Numbered from the stretch's first letter, positions 37,300 to 48,050 are shown. The stretch is DNA of 64,000 nucleotides from Acutalibacteraceae bacterium (GCA_045544115.1 JAZPYI010000045.1:26850-90849), one strand, 5' to 3'. A program made the numbers and translations. Notes: generated from the letters alone by a model not told the origin.

Positions 37300-39315
37300 A
37301 TGAAGAATAAATTTACATCAAGGCTTTGTGTGTTCATGTGCTTTATTCTCATTCTCTCAACATTTGCGGCTTGCAGTGTTAAGCAGGATGAAAACGGCAC
37401 AACAACAGTGCCTGTAGTACCCAACAATGAGTGGGTGCCCGGAATTGATACATATGTACCTGTTACAATCACAAATGTTGAGCTTGTTGAACTTGTTTCC
37501 GAGGCTCTCGGCGATGAAGCAAGCGGCTTTAACGGTGATCTGAATACTCTCACTCCCGAGCAGCTCGAAAAGGTTGAAAACCTCGCTGCAGATAAGGGTT
37601 TGGTTGTTGAAAAGGATGAAAACAACAATACCGTTATCAAAAAGGAAGAGGTTCCCGCAACCAACGTTTCACCTGAAGAATATACTCAGATTATGAATCA
37701 GGCTTCCGTTAAGGATCCCAACAATGTCAGCCCGAGCGAATATGCTGAGATTTCAAAGGTTGCAGCTTCAAACAATATGGTTGTTGTTACAAAGCCGGGT
37801 TCAAGCGAGGTTTCTATCGTAAAGCCCGTAAGCACAACTAAGAGAACCAACGTTCCTGTTGTTACTCAGAAGGTTACAGACGCAGGCAACAAGCCCATAA
37901 CTCCCGCAACAACCAAAAAGGTTCCCAAAACAACTTCGGTTTATGTTCCCGTAACTCCCGCTTATGTTGCTTCAAAAGGAACAACAAAAATGGCAATCTC
38001 CACTCTTTCAACCGATTGGCTCAACACTGCAGGCACAGCCTCAGGCAGTGTTTTCTGGGATAACGAACCCACCGCTGACGGCGGCATCGTAAGTGTAGGC
38101 TACACATATGAATTTGTTGACGGCAATACCAAAGATTATACCTCGGGCTACGTTGCAAAATACTCCGATAAGGGCAAGCTTGAGTGGTCACAGGTTATCG
38201 GCGGCACCGCACAAAGAGACGGCAATCCCATAAAAGCAAAAACCTCATTTGAAAAGGTTGCTGTTCTCAGCGACGGCAGCATTCTTGTTGTAGGTGAAAC
38301 AAGAGCAGAAGACATTGCCGCTCCTTCTGAATACAAATGCTCAGGTACCGTTGAAGGTATTGTTGTTAAGCTTAACAGCAAGGGCGATATAGTTTGGACA
38401 AAGCTTTACGGCGGCAGCGCAGGCGATATGATTCACTCAATTGCACCCACAGCTGACGGCGGCTTTGTTATCGGCGGTAAATCAGAATCCTCTGACTCTG
38501 ACCTTAAGAACCTCGGCACGCAGAGAATAAAGGCATTTATCTTCAAGTGCGATGCAAACGGCAACATTCAGTGGCGCCAGGCACTCTCCGGCTCAAAGCA
38601 CAGCACGGTTGAAGATTTGGCTGTAAATTCCGCAGGTGAAATTTATGCCGATATCGCTTGCTACAGCGGCGACGGTGAATATGCGGACATTGAAGGCACC
38701 GCACCTATCAAGAGAACAACAGTTGTTGTAAAGCTCAGCCCCACCGGCAATATTCTCTGGAAGAATGCATATTACGATTCAGGCGTTACAAATCTTTATG
38801 CCATGGAGCTTGCTTCTGACGGCGGTGTTGTTATTGCAGGTAACTACTCATTTACAACATCCGGTGCAGACGAAAACTCCACCTTCAAGGGTATGTATAA
38901 CGGCGGCACCGCAGGTACAATGGACGGCGTAATCATTAAGATTAATGCCAACGGCACAACCGGCTGGATTCGCACAATCGTTGGCTTTAAGAATGATTTC
39001 ATTACAGACATAACCGCAATACCCGGTGGATATGCAGTTGCGGGCTACACCAATTCAACAAACAGAGATTTCATGGTTACAAATTCAGGCGATTTTGACA
39101 GCTTTGTTTATACCTTAAGCACAGGCGGCAGACTCGGAAGCATCTATGCTTTCGGCGGTTCTGCTACGGATAACCCCAGAGGAATCTGCTCAGACGGCGA
39201 ATCACTTTATGTCTGCGGTTCAACAAACTCAAGCGACGGTCTTTTCTCAAACGGTTCCGTAAAGAGCAACGGAGAGCTTCCCGTTTGCTTCATTGGCCGT
39301 TATTCCATAGCTTGA
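37300..39315 (+). CDS. large lipoprotein with helical repeats, Thr/Pro linker and beta-propeller-like C-domain
   Basis: Lipobox TFAAC; repeated PTADGG..v.G blades; ggagg RBS before ATG 37300. Confidence 0.7.
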   Translation: MKNKFTSRLCVFMCFILILSTFAACSVKQDENGTTTVPVVPNNEWVPGIDTYVPVTITNVELVELVSEALGDEASGFNGDLNTLTPEQLEKVENLAADKGLVVEKDENNNTVIKKEEVPATNVSPEEYTQIMNQASVKDPNNVSPSEYAEISKVAASNNMVVVTKPGSSEVSIVKPVSTTKRTNVPVVTQKVTDAGNKPITPATTKKVPKTTSVYVPVTPAYVASKGTTKMAISTLSTDWLNTAGTASGSVFWDNEPTADGGIVSVGYTYEFVDGNTKDYTSGYVAKYSDKGKLEWSQVIGGTAQRDGNPIKAKTSFEKVAVLSDGSILVVGETRAEDIAAPSEYKCSGTVEGIVVKLNSKGDIVWTKLYGGSAGDMIHSIAPTADGGFVIGGKSESSDSDLKNLGTQRIKAFIFKCDANGNIQWRQALSGSKHSTVEDLAVNSAGEIYADIACYSGDGEYADIEGTAPIKRTTVVVKLSPTGNILWKNAYYDSGVTNLYAMELASDGGVVIAGNYSFTTSGADENSTFKGMYNGGTAGTMDGVIIKINANGTTGWIRTIVGFKNDFITDITAIPGGYAVAGYTNSTNRDFMVTNSGDFDSFVYTLSTGGRLGSIYAFGGSATDNPRGICSDGESLYVCGSTNSSDGLFSNGSVKSNGELPVCFIGRYSIA

Positions 39316-39336
39316 AATATTTGAATGTATATACTA

Positions 39337-39366
39337 AAAGGCACATCCGATCGGATGTGCCTTCTC
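39337..39366. terminator. bidirectional terminator
   Basis: aaggcacatccg/cggatgtgcctt IR. Confidence 0.7.
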
Positions 39367-39368
39367 TT

Positions 39369-39857
39369 TTATGTTGCAGATGATGCTGCTGCAGCTGCTG
39401 CCATAACGCAGTCTATGGTCAAAACAACGGCAAGTGCTACCGTTTCATCGCGGGGATTGGAAATATCAAGCTCATAGCTGTCGCCCCACGTCATCCATTC
39501 CTTTTGTATGGTAACAATCGGCTGTCCTGCGCAGGTTATTTCATAGTCATGCGCCCAGAAGCTGCCTTGTATATCCCAGTCAAGCCCTTCTATTCTGTAT
39601 CTGGGTCTGAGGAAGGTAAACTCCTTAACAATTTCCGCAACCTGCTCACCGTTGACAAAAACATGATATTTTGGCAGAAAGCTCAGCATCTTCTGCTGAA
39701 TAAATGCGGTTTCATTTCCGTTAACATCCGTCACATGAAGCTTTTTGCCCCATGAGAAAAGCTCGCCCTCAACATAATATTTATCCTGCCCGTTTTCATC
39801 CTTGACGGTGAATTTATCCCTCCAGGAGAAAACCTTTTGCTTGATATAAAGCTTCAT
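39369..39857 (-). CDS. LURP-one/scramblase-like (YxjI-type) protein
   Basis: LYIKQKVFSWRDKFTVKD, I..EFTF.RP.Y.I, W.WGDSYELDI. Confidence 0.85.
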   Translation of the reverse strand: MKLYIKQKVFSWRDKFTVKDENGQDKYYVEGELFSWGKKLHVTDVNGNETAFIQQKMLSFLPKYHVFVNGEQVAEIVKEFTFLRPRYRIEGLDWDIQGSFWAHDYEITCAGQPIVTIQKEWMTWGDSYELDISNPRDETVALAVVLTIDCVMAAAAAASSAT

Positions 39858-39904
39858 ATCATCACCCCTTTCTTTAATAATATCATAAAAATTCAGAAAA
39901 TAAC

Positions 39905-39935
39905 AGAGGCAGTTTCAAAAAAGAAACTGCCTCTT
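39905..39935 (-). terminator. terminator after purL
   Basis: agaggcagtttc/gaaactgcctct IR. Confidence 0.7.
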
Positions 39936-39948
39936 ATTACATTATATA

Positions 39949-42900
39949 TTATTTATAGTATTCAACAGCGGATTCAAAGAGCTTAAGGTCAAATTCGCCG
40001 GGAACATTCTTGTAAAGACCAGCACCCGTTCTTTCGGAGTGACCCATCTTACCGAGAACTCGTCCGTCAGGTGAAACGATACCTTCAATTGCGAAATCGG
40101 AATTGTTGGGGTTAAATGCGATATCGTTTGTTGCATTGCCGTCAAAATCAACATACTGTGTGATAATCTGACCGTTAGCGGCAAGCTTTCTGATAAGAGC
40201 CTCATCAGCGATAAATCTGCCCTCGCCGTGTGAAATGGGAACGGTGTAAACCTCGCCCTGCTTTGCCTTTGAAAGCCACGGAGAATTATTGGAAACAAGC
40301 TTTGTTCTTACAAGCTTCGACTGGTGTCTGCCGATGGTATTATAAGTAAGTGTCGGGCAAGTTTCGTCGGTGTCGATAATCTTACCGTAGGGAACAAGAC
40401 CAAGCTTAATAAGAGCCTGGAAGCCGTTGCAGATACCGAGCATAAGACCGTCATGCTTTTCAAGAAGCTCTGTTACAGCCTGCTTGATTTCTGCATTGCG
40501 GAAGAATGCTGTGATAAATTTACCTGAACCGTCGGGTTCGTCACCGCCCGAGAAGCCGCCGGGAACAAAGATAATCTGGCTCTCGCCTACCTTCTTTGCA
40601 AAATCCTCAACGGACTTTGCGATGCTTGAAGCCGAAAGATTGTTGATAACAAATATTTCTGCTTCTGCGCCTGCTCTTTCAGCATACTTTGCGGAATCAA
40701 ACTCGCAGTTTGTGCCGGGGAATACGGGAATAAGAACCTTGGGCTTTGCAGTTCTGATTGCAGGCTTTGCAAAGGTTGTTGCCTTATAATCAAAGGTTTC
40801 AATCTTCTTTTCGGGCATTGCGATATTGCAGGAATAGATATCCTCAAGCTTATCCTCATAAACGGGAAGAAGCTTTGTGAAATCAACTGTTTCCGAGCCA
40901 TATGTGATTGCGGTCTTATCGGTTGTATAACCGAGGAGAGTACCGCAGTCGGTATCATCGGTAAGCTCAATGATGAATGAACCGTAAGAATATCCGAAAA
41001 TATCATCAAGAGCAACGTCCGCAAAGTTAAAGCCGATGCCGTTACCCATAGCCATCTTAAGAACAGCTTCTGCTGCGCCGCCCATAGCGGGAGTATATAT
41101 TGCTGCAGCCTTGCCTGCTGTTACGAGAGAGTAAACCTCATCATAAACCTTAAGAAGAGATGCTGTTTCGGGAAGGTTATCCGCCGTATATTCGGGCTTG
41201 AGGATAACCACCTTATGACCGGCAGCTTTAAATTCGGGAGAAACGATATTTTTTATGTTTTCGGTTGTAACCGCAAAGGAAACAAGAGTGGGAGGAACGT
41301 CAATATCCTCAAATGAGCCGCTCATTGAGTCCTTACCGCCGATAGCGGCAATTTTGAGATCCATCTGTGCCTTGAATGCACCGAGGAGCGCTGCAAGGGG
41401 CTTGCCCCAGCGCTTGCCGTCCTTCATGGGCTTCTCAAAATATTCCTGGAAGGTGAGATAAACCTCATTGAAATCCGCACCTGCTGCAATAAGCTTTGAA
41501 ACGGATTCTATAACTGCAAGATATGCACCGTGATAGGGGCTCTTTTCAGTAATAAACGGGTTATAACCCCATGCCATGAGTGAGCAGGTGTCTGTATCCT
41601 GCTTCTCAACGGAAATCTTATGTACCATAGCCTGAATGGGGGTAAGCTGATGCTTGCCGCCGAAAGGCATGAGAACGGTATTTGCACCGATAGTTGAGTC
41701 AAATCTTTCGGAAAGACCTCTCTTTGAGCAGATATTAAGATCACCTGCAAGAGCAGTATACATATCGGTAAATGAGCCGTCAATCTTCTTTGAGTAGTCC
41801 TCAAGCTTTGCGGGGGCAATGTCGATATGCTTTTCAGCACCGTTTGAATTGAGAAATTCACGGCTGATATTTACGATTGCCTTGCCGTTCCAGTTCATAA
41901 CAAGGTAGGGCTTTTCCTTGACCTCGGCAACAATTGTTGCTTCAAGATTTTCACTTGTTGCAAGCTCAATAAATCTTTCGGCATCCTTTGCTTCAACAAC
42001 AACCGCCATTCTTTCCTGGCTTTCGGAGATAGCGAGCTCAGTGCCGTCAAGACCCTCGTACTTCTTGGGAACCGCATTGAGATTTATTTCAAGACCGTCT
42101 GCAAGCTCACCGATAGCAACGGAAACACCGCCTGCGCCGAAGTCGTTGCAGCGCTTAATGAGCTGTGATGCCTCTTTGTTTCTGAAAAGTCTTTGGAGCT
42201 TTCTTTCCTCGGGTGCGTTACCCTTCTGAACCTCTGCTCCGCAGCTTTCAAGCGACTTAAGGTTATGTGATTTTGATGAACCTGTTGCACCGCCGCAGCC
42301 GTCACGACCCGTTCTGCCGCCGAGGAGGATAACAACATCGCCGTCCTGCGGGCATTCACGGCGCACATTTTCTTCGGGAGCCGCAGCAATAACCGCACCG
42401 ATTTCCATTCTCTTGGCAACATATCCGGGATGATAAAGCTCATCAACAATACCTGTTGCAAGACCTATCTGGTTACCGTATGAGCTATAGCCTGCCGCAG
42501 CAGTCTGAACAATTTTTCTCTGGGGAAGCTTACCTTCGATTGTTTCGCTCACGGGAACGGTGGGGTCACCCGCACCTGTTACACGCATAGCCGCATAAAC
42601 ATAGCTTCTGCCTGAAAGGGGGTCACGGATAGCGCCGCCTATACAGGTTGCCGCTCCGCCGAACGGCTCAATTTCGGTGGGGTGGTTATGTGTTTCGTTT
42701 TTGAAGAGAAGAAGCCATTTCTGGGTTTCACCCTCAACATTAACATCAATCTTTACTGTGCAGGCATTGATTTCTTCACTCTCATCAAGCTTGGGAAGAA
42801 GACCCTGCTGCTTAAGATATCTTGCTGCAATAGTGCCGATATCCATAAGATTTACGGGCTTTGTTCTGTTGCAAGCCTTTCTTGCTTCTATATATTCGTC

Positions 42901-43635
42901 ATATGCCTTCTGAAGAAGCTCATCCTCAAACTTAACGGAATCAATGTTAGTAAGGAAGGTTGTGTGACGGCAGTGGTCTGACCAATATGTATCAATCATT
43001 CTGATTTCGGTGATGGTAGGATCTCTCTGCTCGCTTATAAAATACTTCTGGCAGAACTTGATATCATCAAGGTCCATTGCAAGGCCGTAATCCGCAACAA
43101 ATGCCGCAAGACCTGCTTCGTCAAGAGCGATGAAGCCGTCAAGTGTCTTAACTGTTTCGGGAACAACATAGTCCATTACAAGAGTTTCGTATTCTTCAAG
43201 TGAAGCTTCTCTTGATTCGACAGGGTTGATAACATACTTTTTAATCTGTGCAAGCTCTTCATCGCTGATGTTACCGTAAAGGCAGTAAACCTTTGCAGTT
43301 CTTACAAGAGGTCTTTCGCCCTTTGAGATAATCTGAATGCACTCTGCGCAGGAATTTGCTCTCTGGTCAAACTGACCGGGAAGAAATTCAACTGCAAAAA
43401 GTCTGTCGCATTCAAGATTGGGATTCTCGCTGATATCATCAAGCTGAGGCTCGGAAAGAACGGTGCTCTTTGAATAATCAAAAAGCTCCTTTTCAATATT
43501 TTCAATATCATAACGGTTGAGAACTCTTACCTTCTCAAGGCTTGCTATACCGAGAAGGGAAACAAGCTCGTTTTTGAGCGAACGGGCTTCGTTATCAAGT
43601 CCGCTCTTCTTTTCAACATATGCTCTGTATACCAT
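39949..43635 (-). CDS. purL: phosphoribosylformylglycinamidine synthase, single-chain type
   Basis: WSDHCRH, KNETHNHP, GGKDSMSG, glutaminase GICNGFQ and MGHSER. Confidence 0.95.
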   Translation of the reverse strand: MVYRAYVEKKSGLDNEARSLKNELVSLLGIASLEKVRVLNRYDIENIEKELFDYSKSTVLSEPQLDDISENPNLECDRLFAVEFLPGQFDQRANSCAECIQIISKGERPLVRTAKVYCLYGNISDEELAQIKKYVINPVESREASLEEYETLVMDYVVPETVKTLDGFIALDEAGLAAFVADYGLAMDLDDIKFCQKYFISEQRDPTITEIRMIDTYWSDHCRHTTFLTNIDSVKFEDELLQKAYDEYIEARKACNRTKPVNLMDIGTIAARYLKQQGLLPKLDESEEINACTVKIDVNVEGETQKWLLLFKNETHNHPTEIEPFGGAATCIGGAIRDPLSGRSYVYAAMRVTGAGDPTVPVSETIEGKLPQRKIVQTAAAGYSSYGNQIGLATGIVDELYHPGYVAKRMEIGAVIAAAPEENVRRECPQDGDVVILLGGRTGRDGCGGATGSSKSHNLKSLESCGAEVQKGNAPEERKLQRLFRNKEASQLIKRCNDFGAGGVSVAIGELADGLEINLNAVPKKYEGLDGTELAISESQERMAVVVEAKDAERFIELATSENLEATIVAEVKEKPYLVMNWNGKAIVNISREFLNSNGAEKHIDIAPAKLEDYSKKIDGSFTDMYTALAGDLNICSKRGLSERFDSTIGANTVLMPFGGKHQLTPIQAMVHKISVEKQDTDTCSLMAWGYNPFITEKSPYHGAYLAVIESVSKLIAAGADFNEVYLTFQEYFEKPMKDGKRWGKPLAALLGAFKAQMDLKIAAIGGKDSMSGSFEDIDVPPTLVSFAVTTENIKNIVSPEFKAAGHKVVILKPEYTADNLPETASLLKVYDEVYSLVTAGKAAAIYTPAMGGAAEAVLKMAMGNGIGFNFADVALDDIFGYSYGSFIIELTDDTDCGTLLGYTTDKTAITYGSETVDFTKLLPVYEDKLEDIYSCNIAMPEKKIETFDYKATTFAKPAIRTAKPKVLIPVFPGTNCEFDSAKYAERAGAEAEIFVINNLSASSIAKSVEDFAKKVGESQIIFVPGGFSGGDEPDGSGKFITAFFRNAEIKQAVTELLEKHDGLMLGICNGFQALIKLGLVPYGKIIDTDETCPTLTYNTIGRHQSKLVRTKLVSNNSPWLSKAKQGEVYTVPISHGEGRFIADEALIRKLAANGQIITQYVDFDGNATNDIAFNPNNSDFAIEGIVSPDGRVLGKMGHSERTGAGLYKNVPGEFDLKLFESAVEYYK

Positions 43636-43637
43636 AA

Positions 43638-44894
43638 TTATAAAACCTCCAAGGCTTTTTTACCGATATCTTTTCTGTAATATGCATTTGCAAAGTTAAC
43701 GGTCTTAACCGTTTCATATGCCTTTGCGATTGCAGCTTCAAGAGTATCTGCGGTTTCGGTTACACCGAGAACTCTGCCGCCTGCGGTGAGAAGCTTGCCT
43801 TCGGAAAGCTTTGCACCTGCAACATATATATTTTTATCAGCAGGCATTGTGATTTCAAAGCCGCTTTCGTATTTCTGCGGATAGCCGTCGGATGCCATAA
43901 CAACACAGCAAGCGCTCTTTTCGCTGAACTTAACCTGTTCCTCGGTAAGAGTTCCAGCCGCAACACTCTTCATGATTTCAAAAAGGTCGCTTTCAAGAAG
44001 AGGAAGAACAACCTGAGTTTCGGGATCGCCGAAACGGCAGTTATACTCGATAACCTTGGGACCGTTCTTGGTTATCATAAGTCCGAAATAAAGGCAGCCC
44101 TTGAAAGTTCTTCCCTCGGCATTCATGGCATTAATCGTTGGAAGGAAAATTTCCTTCATGCATCTTTCCGCAACCTCTGCGGTGTAGTAGGGATTGGGAG
44201 CAATTGTTCCCATACCGCCGGTATTAAGACCCTCATCGTTATCCTTTGCTCTCTTGTGATCCATTGAAGAAATCATGGGAACAACAATTTTGCCGTCGGT
44301 GAAGGAAAGAACGGAAACCTCGGGTCCTTCAAGAAACTCCTCAATAACTATCTGATTGCCGCTTTCGCCGAACTGCTTGTCCTGCATAATGGACTTAACG
44401 GCATCTGCCGCCTCTTCACGGGTCATCGCAATGATAACACCCTTGCCGAGCGCAAGACCGTCAGCCTTGATAACGGTGGGAATGGGTGCTGTTTCGATAT
44501 ATGCGAGAGCCTTTTCGGCATCGTCAAACACTTCATATGCAGCTGTGGGAATGCCGTATTTCTTCATAAGGTTTTTCGAGAAAACCTTACTGCCTTCAAT
44601 GATAGCTGCCTTTGCCTCGGGACCGAAGCAGGGAATGCCGAGCTTTGAAAGCTCATCAACCGCACCGAGAACAAGGGGGTCATCAGGCGCAACAACCGCA
44701 AAGCCGATATCGTTGTTTTTGGCAAAATCAACGATTGCGGGAATATCCTTCGCACCGATTGCAACACACTCGGCATCGTTTGCCATGCCGCCGTTTCCGG
44801 GAAGTGCATATATTTTTTCGATTTCTTTATTTTCTTTAAGCTTTTTTATGATGGCGTGTTCGCGTCCGCCGCCGCCGACAACAAGAACCTTCAT
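43638..44894 (-). CDS. purD: phosphoribosylamine-glycine ligase
   Basis: MKVLVVGGGGREHA, KADGLALGKGV, NTGGMG, EYNCRFGDPE. Confidence 0.96.
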   Translation of the reverse strand: MKVLVVGGGGREHAIIKKLKENKEIEKIYALPGNGGMANDAECVAIGAKDIPAIVDFAKNNDIGFAVVAPDDPLVLGAVDELSKLGIPCFGPEAKAAIIEGSKVFSKNLMKKYGIPTAAYEVFDDAEKALAYIETAPIPTVIKADGLALGKGVIIAMTREEAADAVKSIMQDKQFGESGNQIVIEEFLEGPEVSVLSFTDGKIVVPMISSMDHKRAKDNDEGLNTGGMGTIAPNPYYTAEVAERCMKEIFLPTINAMNAEGRTFKGCLYFGLMITKNGPKVIEYNCRFGDPETQVVLPLLESDLFEIMKSVAAGTLTEEQVKFSEKSACCVVMASDGYPQKYESGFEITMPADKNIYVAGAKLSEGKLLTAGGRVLGVTETADTLEAAIAKAYETVKTVNFANAYYRKDIGKKALEVL

Positions 44895-45493
44895 TTTTTT
44901 GCCTCCAAAATTTCTTTGCATACCTTTTCCGCAGACTGCGGAAGAATTATCCATTCTGCCTGCTCCATAACTCTCTTCTGAAGTGTTTCGGGAGTGTCAC
45001 CAGGCTCTGTGTCAACGGCTTTCTGCATAATAATGCGTCCGCCGTCGGGGATTTCATTAACAAAATGAACCGTTGCACCCGTCACCTTTACACCGTAGCC
45101 GAGTGCCGCCTCATGCACGCGAAGACCGTAAAAACCTTCACCGCAGAATGACGGAATAAGTGATGGGTGAACATTGATTATTCTGTCTTTATAATGATTT
45201 GTGAATCTCTCGGAAAGAATACTCATAAAGCCCGCAAGAACAATAAGGTCAATGCCGTCGCCGTCGAGAAGCTCAATAAGCTTACCCTCGAAATCGGGGG
45301 TTTCCTTTTTAAGCACGGTTTCTGTTCTGATTCCTGCCTTTGAGGCTCTTTCGAGTGCATAAGCACCCGCTTTATTGGAAATAACGAGCGTTATTTCACC
45401 GCTGCTGATAATTCCTGCCGCCTCGGCATCAATCAGCGCCTGAAGATTTGTTCCGCCGCCCGAAACAAGAACGGCAATGCGAGCTTTTTTCAT
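44891..45493 (-). CDS. purN: phosphoribosylglycinamide formyltransferase
   Basis: SGGGTNLQA, LAGFM, NVHPSL, TGATVHFV...DGG.II. Confidence 0.96.
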   Translation of the reverse strand: MKKARIAVLVSGGGTNLQALIDAEAAGIISSGEITLVISNKAGAYALERASKAGIRTETVLKKETPDFEGKLIELLDGDGIDLIVLAGFMSILSERFTNHYKDRIINVHPSLIPSFCGEGFYGLRVHEAALGYGVKVTGATVHFVNEIPDGGRIIMQKAVDTEPGDTPETLQKRVMEQAEWIILPQSAEKVCKEILEAKK

Positions 45494-45540
45494 GTTTTTT
45501 CTCCGTTCAAATATTTTAATTCGGAATTGCAGTTATTTGC

Positions 45541-46581
45541 TCAGCAAATAACTACCTTGTCTTCGCTCTTGATGATTTCGCCGATGATATAAGCATCTTC
45601 ACCGTTTGCCTTAAGAACTTCCAGAGCCTTTTCAGCATCTTCCTTAGCAACAACAATGCTCATGCCGACACCCATGTTAAAGGTGTTGAACATATCTCTC
45701 TCGGGGATGTTGCCTGTCTTTGCAATGAGGTCAAAGATGGGAAGAATCTTAAGAGCGGATTTATCAATCTTTGCACCGAAGCCGTCGGGAATGCTTCTGG
45801 GAATATTTTCATAGAAGCCGCCGCCTGTGATATGAGAAACAGCCTTGACCGTTACTTCATCAAAGAGAGCAAGCATGGGCTTAACATAAATCTTGGTGGG
45901 AGTGAGGAGAGTTTCGCCGACTGACTTGCCGCCGAGCTCTGCAACGGGAGTTTTGATATCTGCGTTATCAACATCAAATACTTTTCTTACAAGTGAGAAG
46001 CCGTTTGAGTGAACACCGCTTGAGGGAAGAGCGATAACAACGTCGCCCTCTGTCATCTTTGTGTTGTCAAGAACCTTATCCTTGTCAACAACACCTACGC
46101 AGAAGCCTGCAAGGTCATATTCGTCAACGGGATAGAAGCCGGGCATTTCTGCGGTTTCGCCGCCGATAAGAGCTGCATTTGACTGAACGCAGCCTTCAGC
46201 AATACCGCTTACGATTTCGGCAATTCTTTCGGGAACATTCTTGCCGCAAGCAATATAGTCAAGGAAAAGCAGGGGCTTTGCACCGCAGCAGATAATATCG
46301 TTTGCACACATTGCAACGCAGTCAATACCTACGGTATCGTGCTTGTCCATGATAAATGCGAGCTTAAGCTTTGTGCCTACACCGTCGGTACCGCTTACGA
46401 GAACGGGCTTTGAGATGCCTGTGAGGTCAAGCTCAAAAAGACCGCCGAAGCCGCCGATATCGGACATTGCGCCCGCTGTCAAAGTTCTCTTGATGTGGGT
46501 TTTCATAAGTTCTACCGCTTTGTAACCCGCGGTAATATCAACACCTGCTGCTGCGTAGCTTTCGCTGAAGCTTTTTTCCAT
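45541..46581 (-). CDS. purM: AIR synthetase
   Basis: YAAAGVDI, GTDGVGTK, GGETAEMP, SSGVHSNGFSL, HITGGG. Confidence 0.96.
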   Translation of the reverse strand: MEKSFSESYAAAGVDITAGYKAVELMKTHIKRTLTAGAMSDIGGFGGLFELDLTGISKPVLVSGTDGVGTKLKLAFIMDKHDTVGIDCVAMCANDIICCGAKPLLFLDYIACGKNVPERIAEIVSGIAEGCVQSNAALIGGETAEMPGFYPVDEYDLAGFCVGVVDKDKVLDNTKMTEGDVVIALPSSGVHSNGFSLVRKVFDVDNADIKTPVAELGGKSVGETLLTPTKIYVKPMLALFDEVTVKAVSHITGGGFYENIPRSIPDGFGAKIDKSALKILPIFDLIAKTGNIPERDMFNTFNMGVGMSIVVAKEDAEKALEVLKANGEDAYIIGEIIKSEDKVVIC

Positions 46582-46625
46582 AATTTATTCCTCCTGTGAA
46601 ATTCACATATTTTACACAATAATTT

Positions 46626-48050
46626 TTATCCCTTGCCGTTCCAGCAATAAGTACATATGCAGTCTTCGGGAAGACCGATTGCCTCTATAAGACCGGCAAT
46701 TGACTGATAGCCGAGAGTAGTGAGCTTAAGCTCCTTGCAAATGATTTCGCGAAGCTTTTTACCTCTTTCGGTTGAAGCATCGCAATACTCATCAATATAT
46801 TTATCCCCTTCTTCGCCTTCAAGGTCGTGTATAATGCGTCTTGCGATAAGGTCATCATCAGAGGTATTGCGTGAGAAGTTGAGGTATTTGCAGCCGTACA
46901 TAATCGGCGGGCAGGCAGAACGCATATGCACTTCCTTTGCGCCGTGGCTATAAAGGAAATCAATTGTTTCACGCATCTGAGTTCCTCTTACGATTGAATC
47001 GTCAACAAAGAGAAGGCTCTTATTCTGAATCAAATCATGAACGGGAATCATTTTCATTTTCGCAACCTTGTTGCGCTCGCTCTGACTGGTAGGCATAAAG
47101 CTTCTGGGCCATGTGGGGGTATACTTGATAAACGGTCTTGCAAAAGGAATGCCGCTCTCGTTTGCATAACCGATTGCATGGGGTGTTCCCGAATCGGGCA
47201 CACCGCTTACATAATCTATTCCGTCGCAAAGACCCTTTGCCTTATCTTCCCTTGCCATAACGGCACCGTTTTTGGTTCTCATTGCCTCAACACCGACACC
47301 CTCGTATCTTGCGGTGGGATAACCGTAATAGCTCCAAAGGAAGGCGCAGATTTTAAGCTTCTTCTGCGGTTCGGCAAGAGTGTGGACTCTGTCGGGATAT
47401 ATCCTTACGATTTCGCCGGGACCGAGTTCCTTTTCAAAAATATAATCAAGCTTTTCAAAAGCAAAGGATTCAAACGAAACACATCTTCCCTCGGTATCCT
47501 TGCCGATGAGAATGGGAAGCCTTCCCACCTTATCTCTCGCCGCTATGATGCTTCCGTCTTCAAGAAGAATAAGCACGGAAAGTGAGCCGTCAATCTTCTC
47601 CTGAGCAAAGCGGATTCCGTCAACGAAATTGCTCTTTTGGTTAATAAGCGCCGCAACAAGCTCGGTTGAATTGATTTTGCCCGAGGTCATGGTTGTAAAA
47701 TGACCGCCGCTGAATGAAAGATACTGATTTATAAGCTCATCGGCATTATTTATGCAGCCGATTGTGGTTATTGCATAAACACCGAGATTTGAGCGAATGA
47801 GTATTGGCTGCGGGTCGCTGTCGCTTATGCAGCCTATGCAGGCATTGCCGTGCATCTCGTCAACAATTCCCGCAAACTTTGTGCGGAAAGGAGAGTTTTC
47901 AATGTTATGTATATCTCTCTGAAAACCTTTTTCCTCATTGACCGCCGCCATACCGCCTCTGCGTGTGCCGAGGTGTGAATGGTAGTCAACTCCGAAAAAT
48001 ACGTCCAGTACAACATCCCTTGTTGATGTTGCGCCGAAAAATCCTCCCAT
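46626..48050 (-). CDS. purF: amidophosphoribosyltransferase (N-terminal Cys absent)
   Basis: PRPP motif VDDSIVRGT, GVPDSG, SACPP, CICTYCW Fe-S Cys; position in pur operon. Confidence 0.9.
   Translation of the reverse strand: MGGFFGATSTRDVVLDVFFGVDYHSHLGTRRGGMAAVNEEKGFQRDIHNIENSPFRTKFAGIVDEMHGNACIGCISDSDPQPILIRSNLGVYAITTIGCINNADELINQYLSFSGGHFTTMTSGKINSTELVAALINQKSNFVDGIRFAQEKIDGSLSVLILLEDGSIIAARDKVGRLPILIGKDTEGRCVSFESFAFEKLDYIFEKELGPGEIVRIYPDRVHTLAEPQKKLKICAFLWSYYGYPTARYEGVGVEAMRTKNGAVMAREDKAKGLCDGIDYVSGVPDSGTPHAIGYANESGIPFARPFIKYTPTWPRSFMPTSQSERNKVAKMKMIPVHDLIQNKSLLFVDDSIVRGTQMRETIDFLYSHGAKEVHMRSACPPIMYGCKYLNFSRNTSDDDLIARRIIHDLEGEEGDKYIDEYCDASTERGKKLREIICKELKLTTLGYQSIAGLIEAIGLPEDCICTYCWNGKG

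Noticed and set aside
39949-43635. Fused 1228-aa PurL as a novelty
   Set aside because: Single-chain FGAM synthases are well known, including in clostridia.
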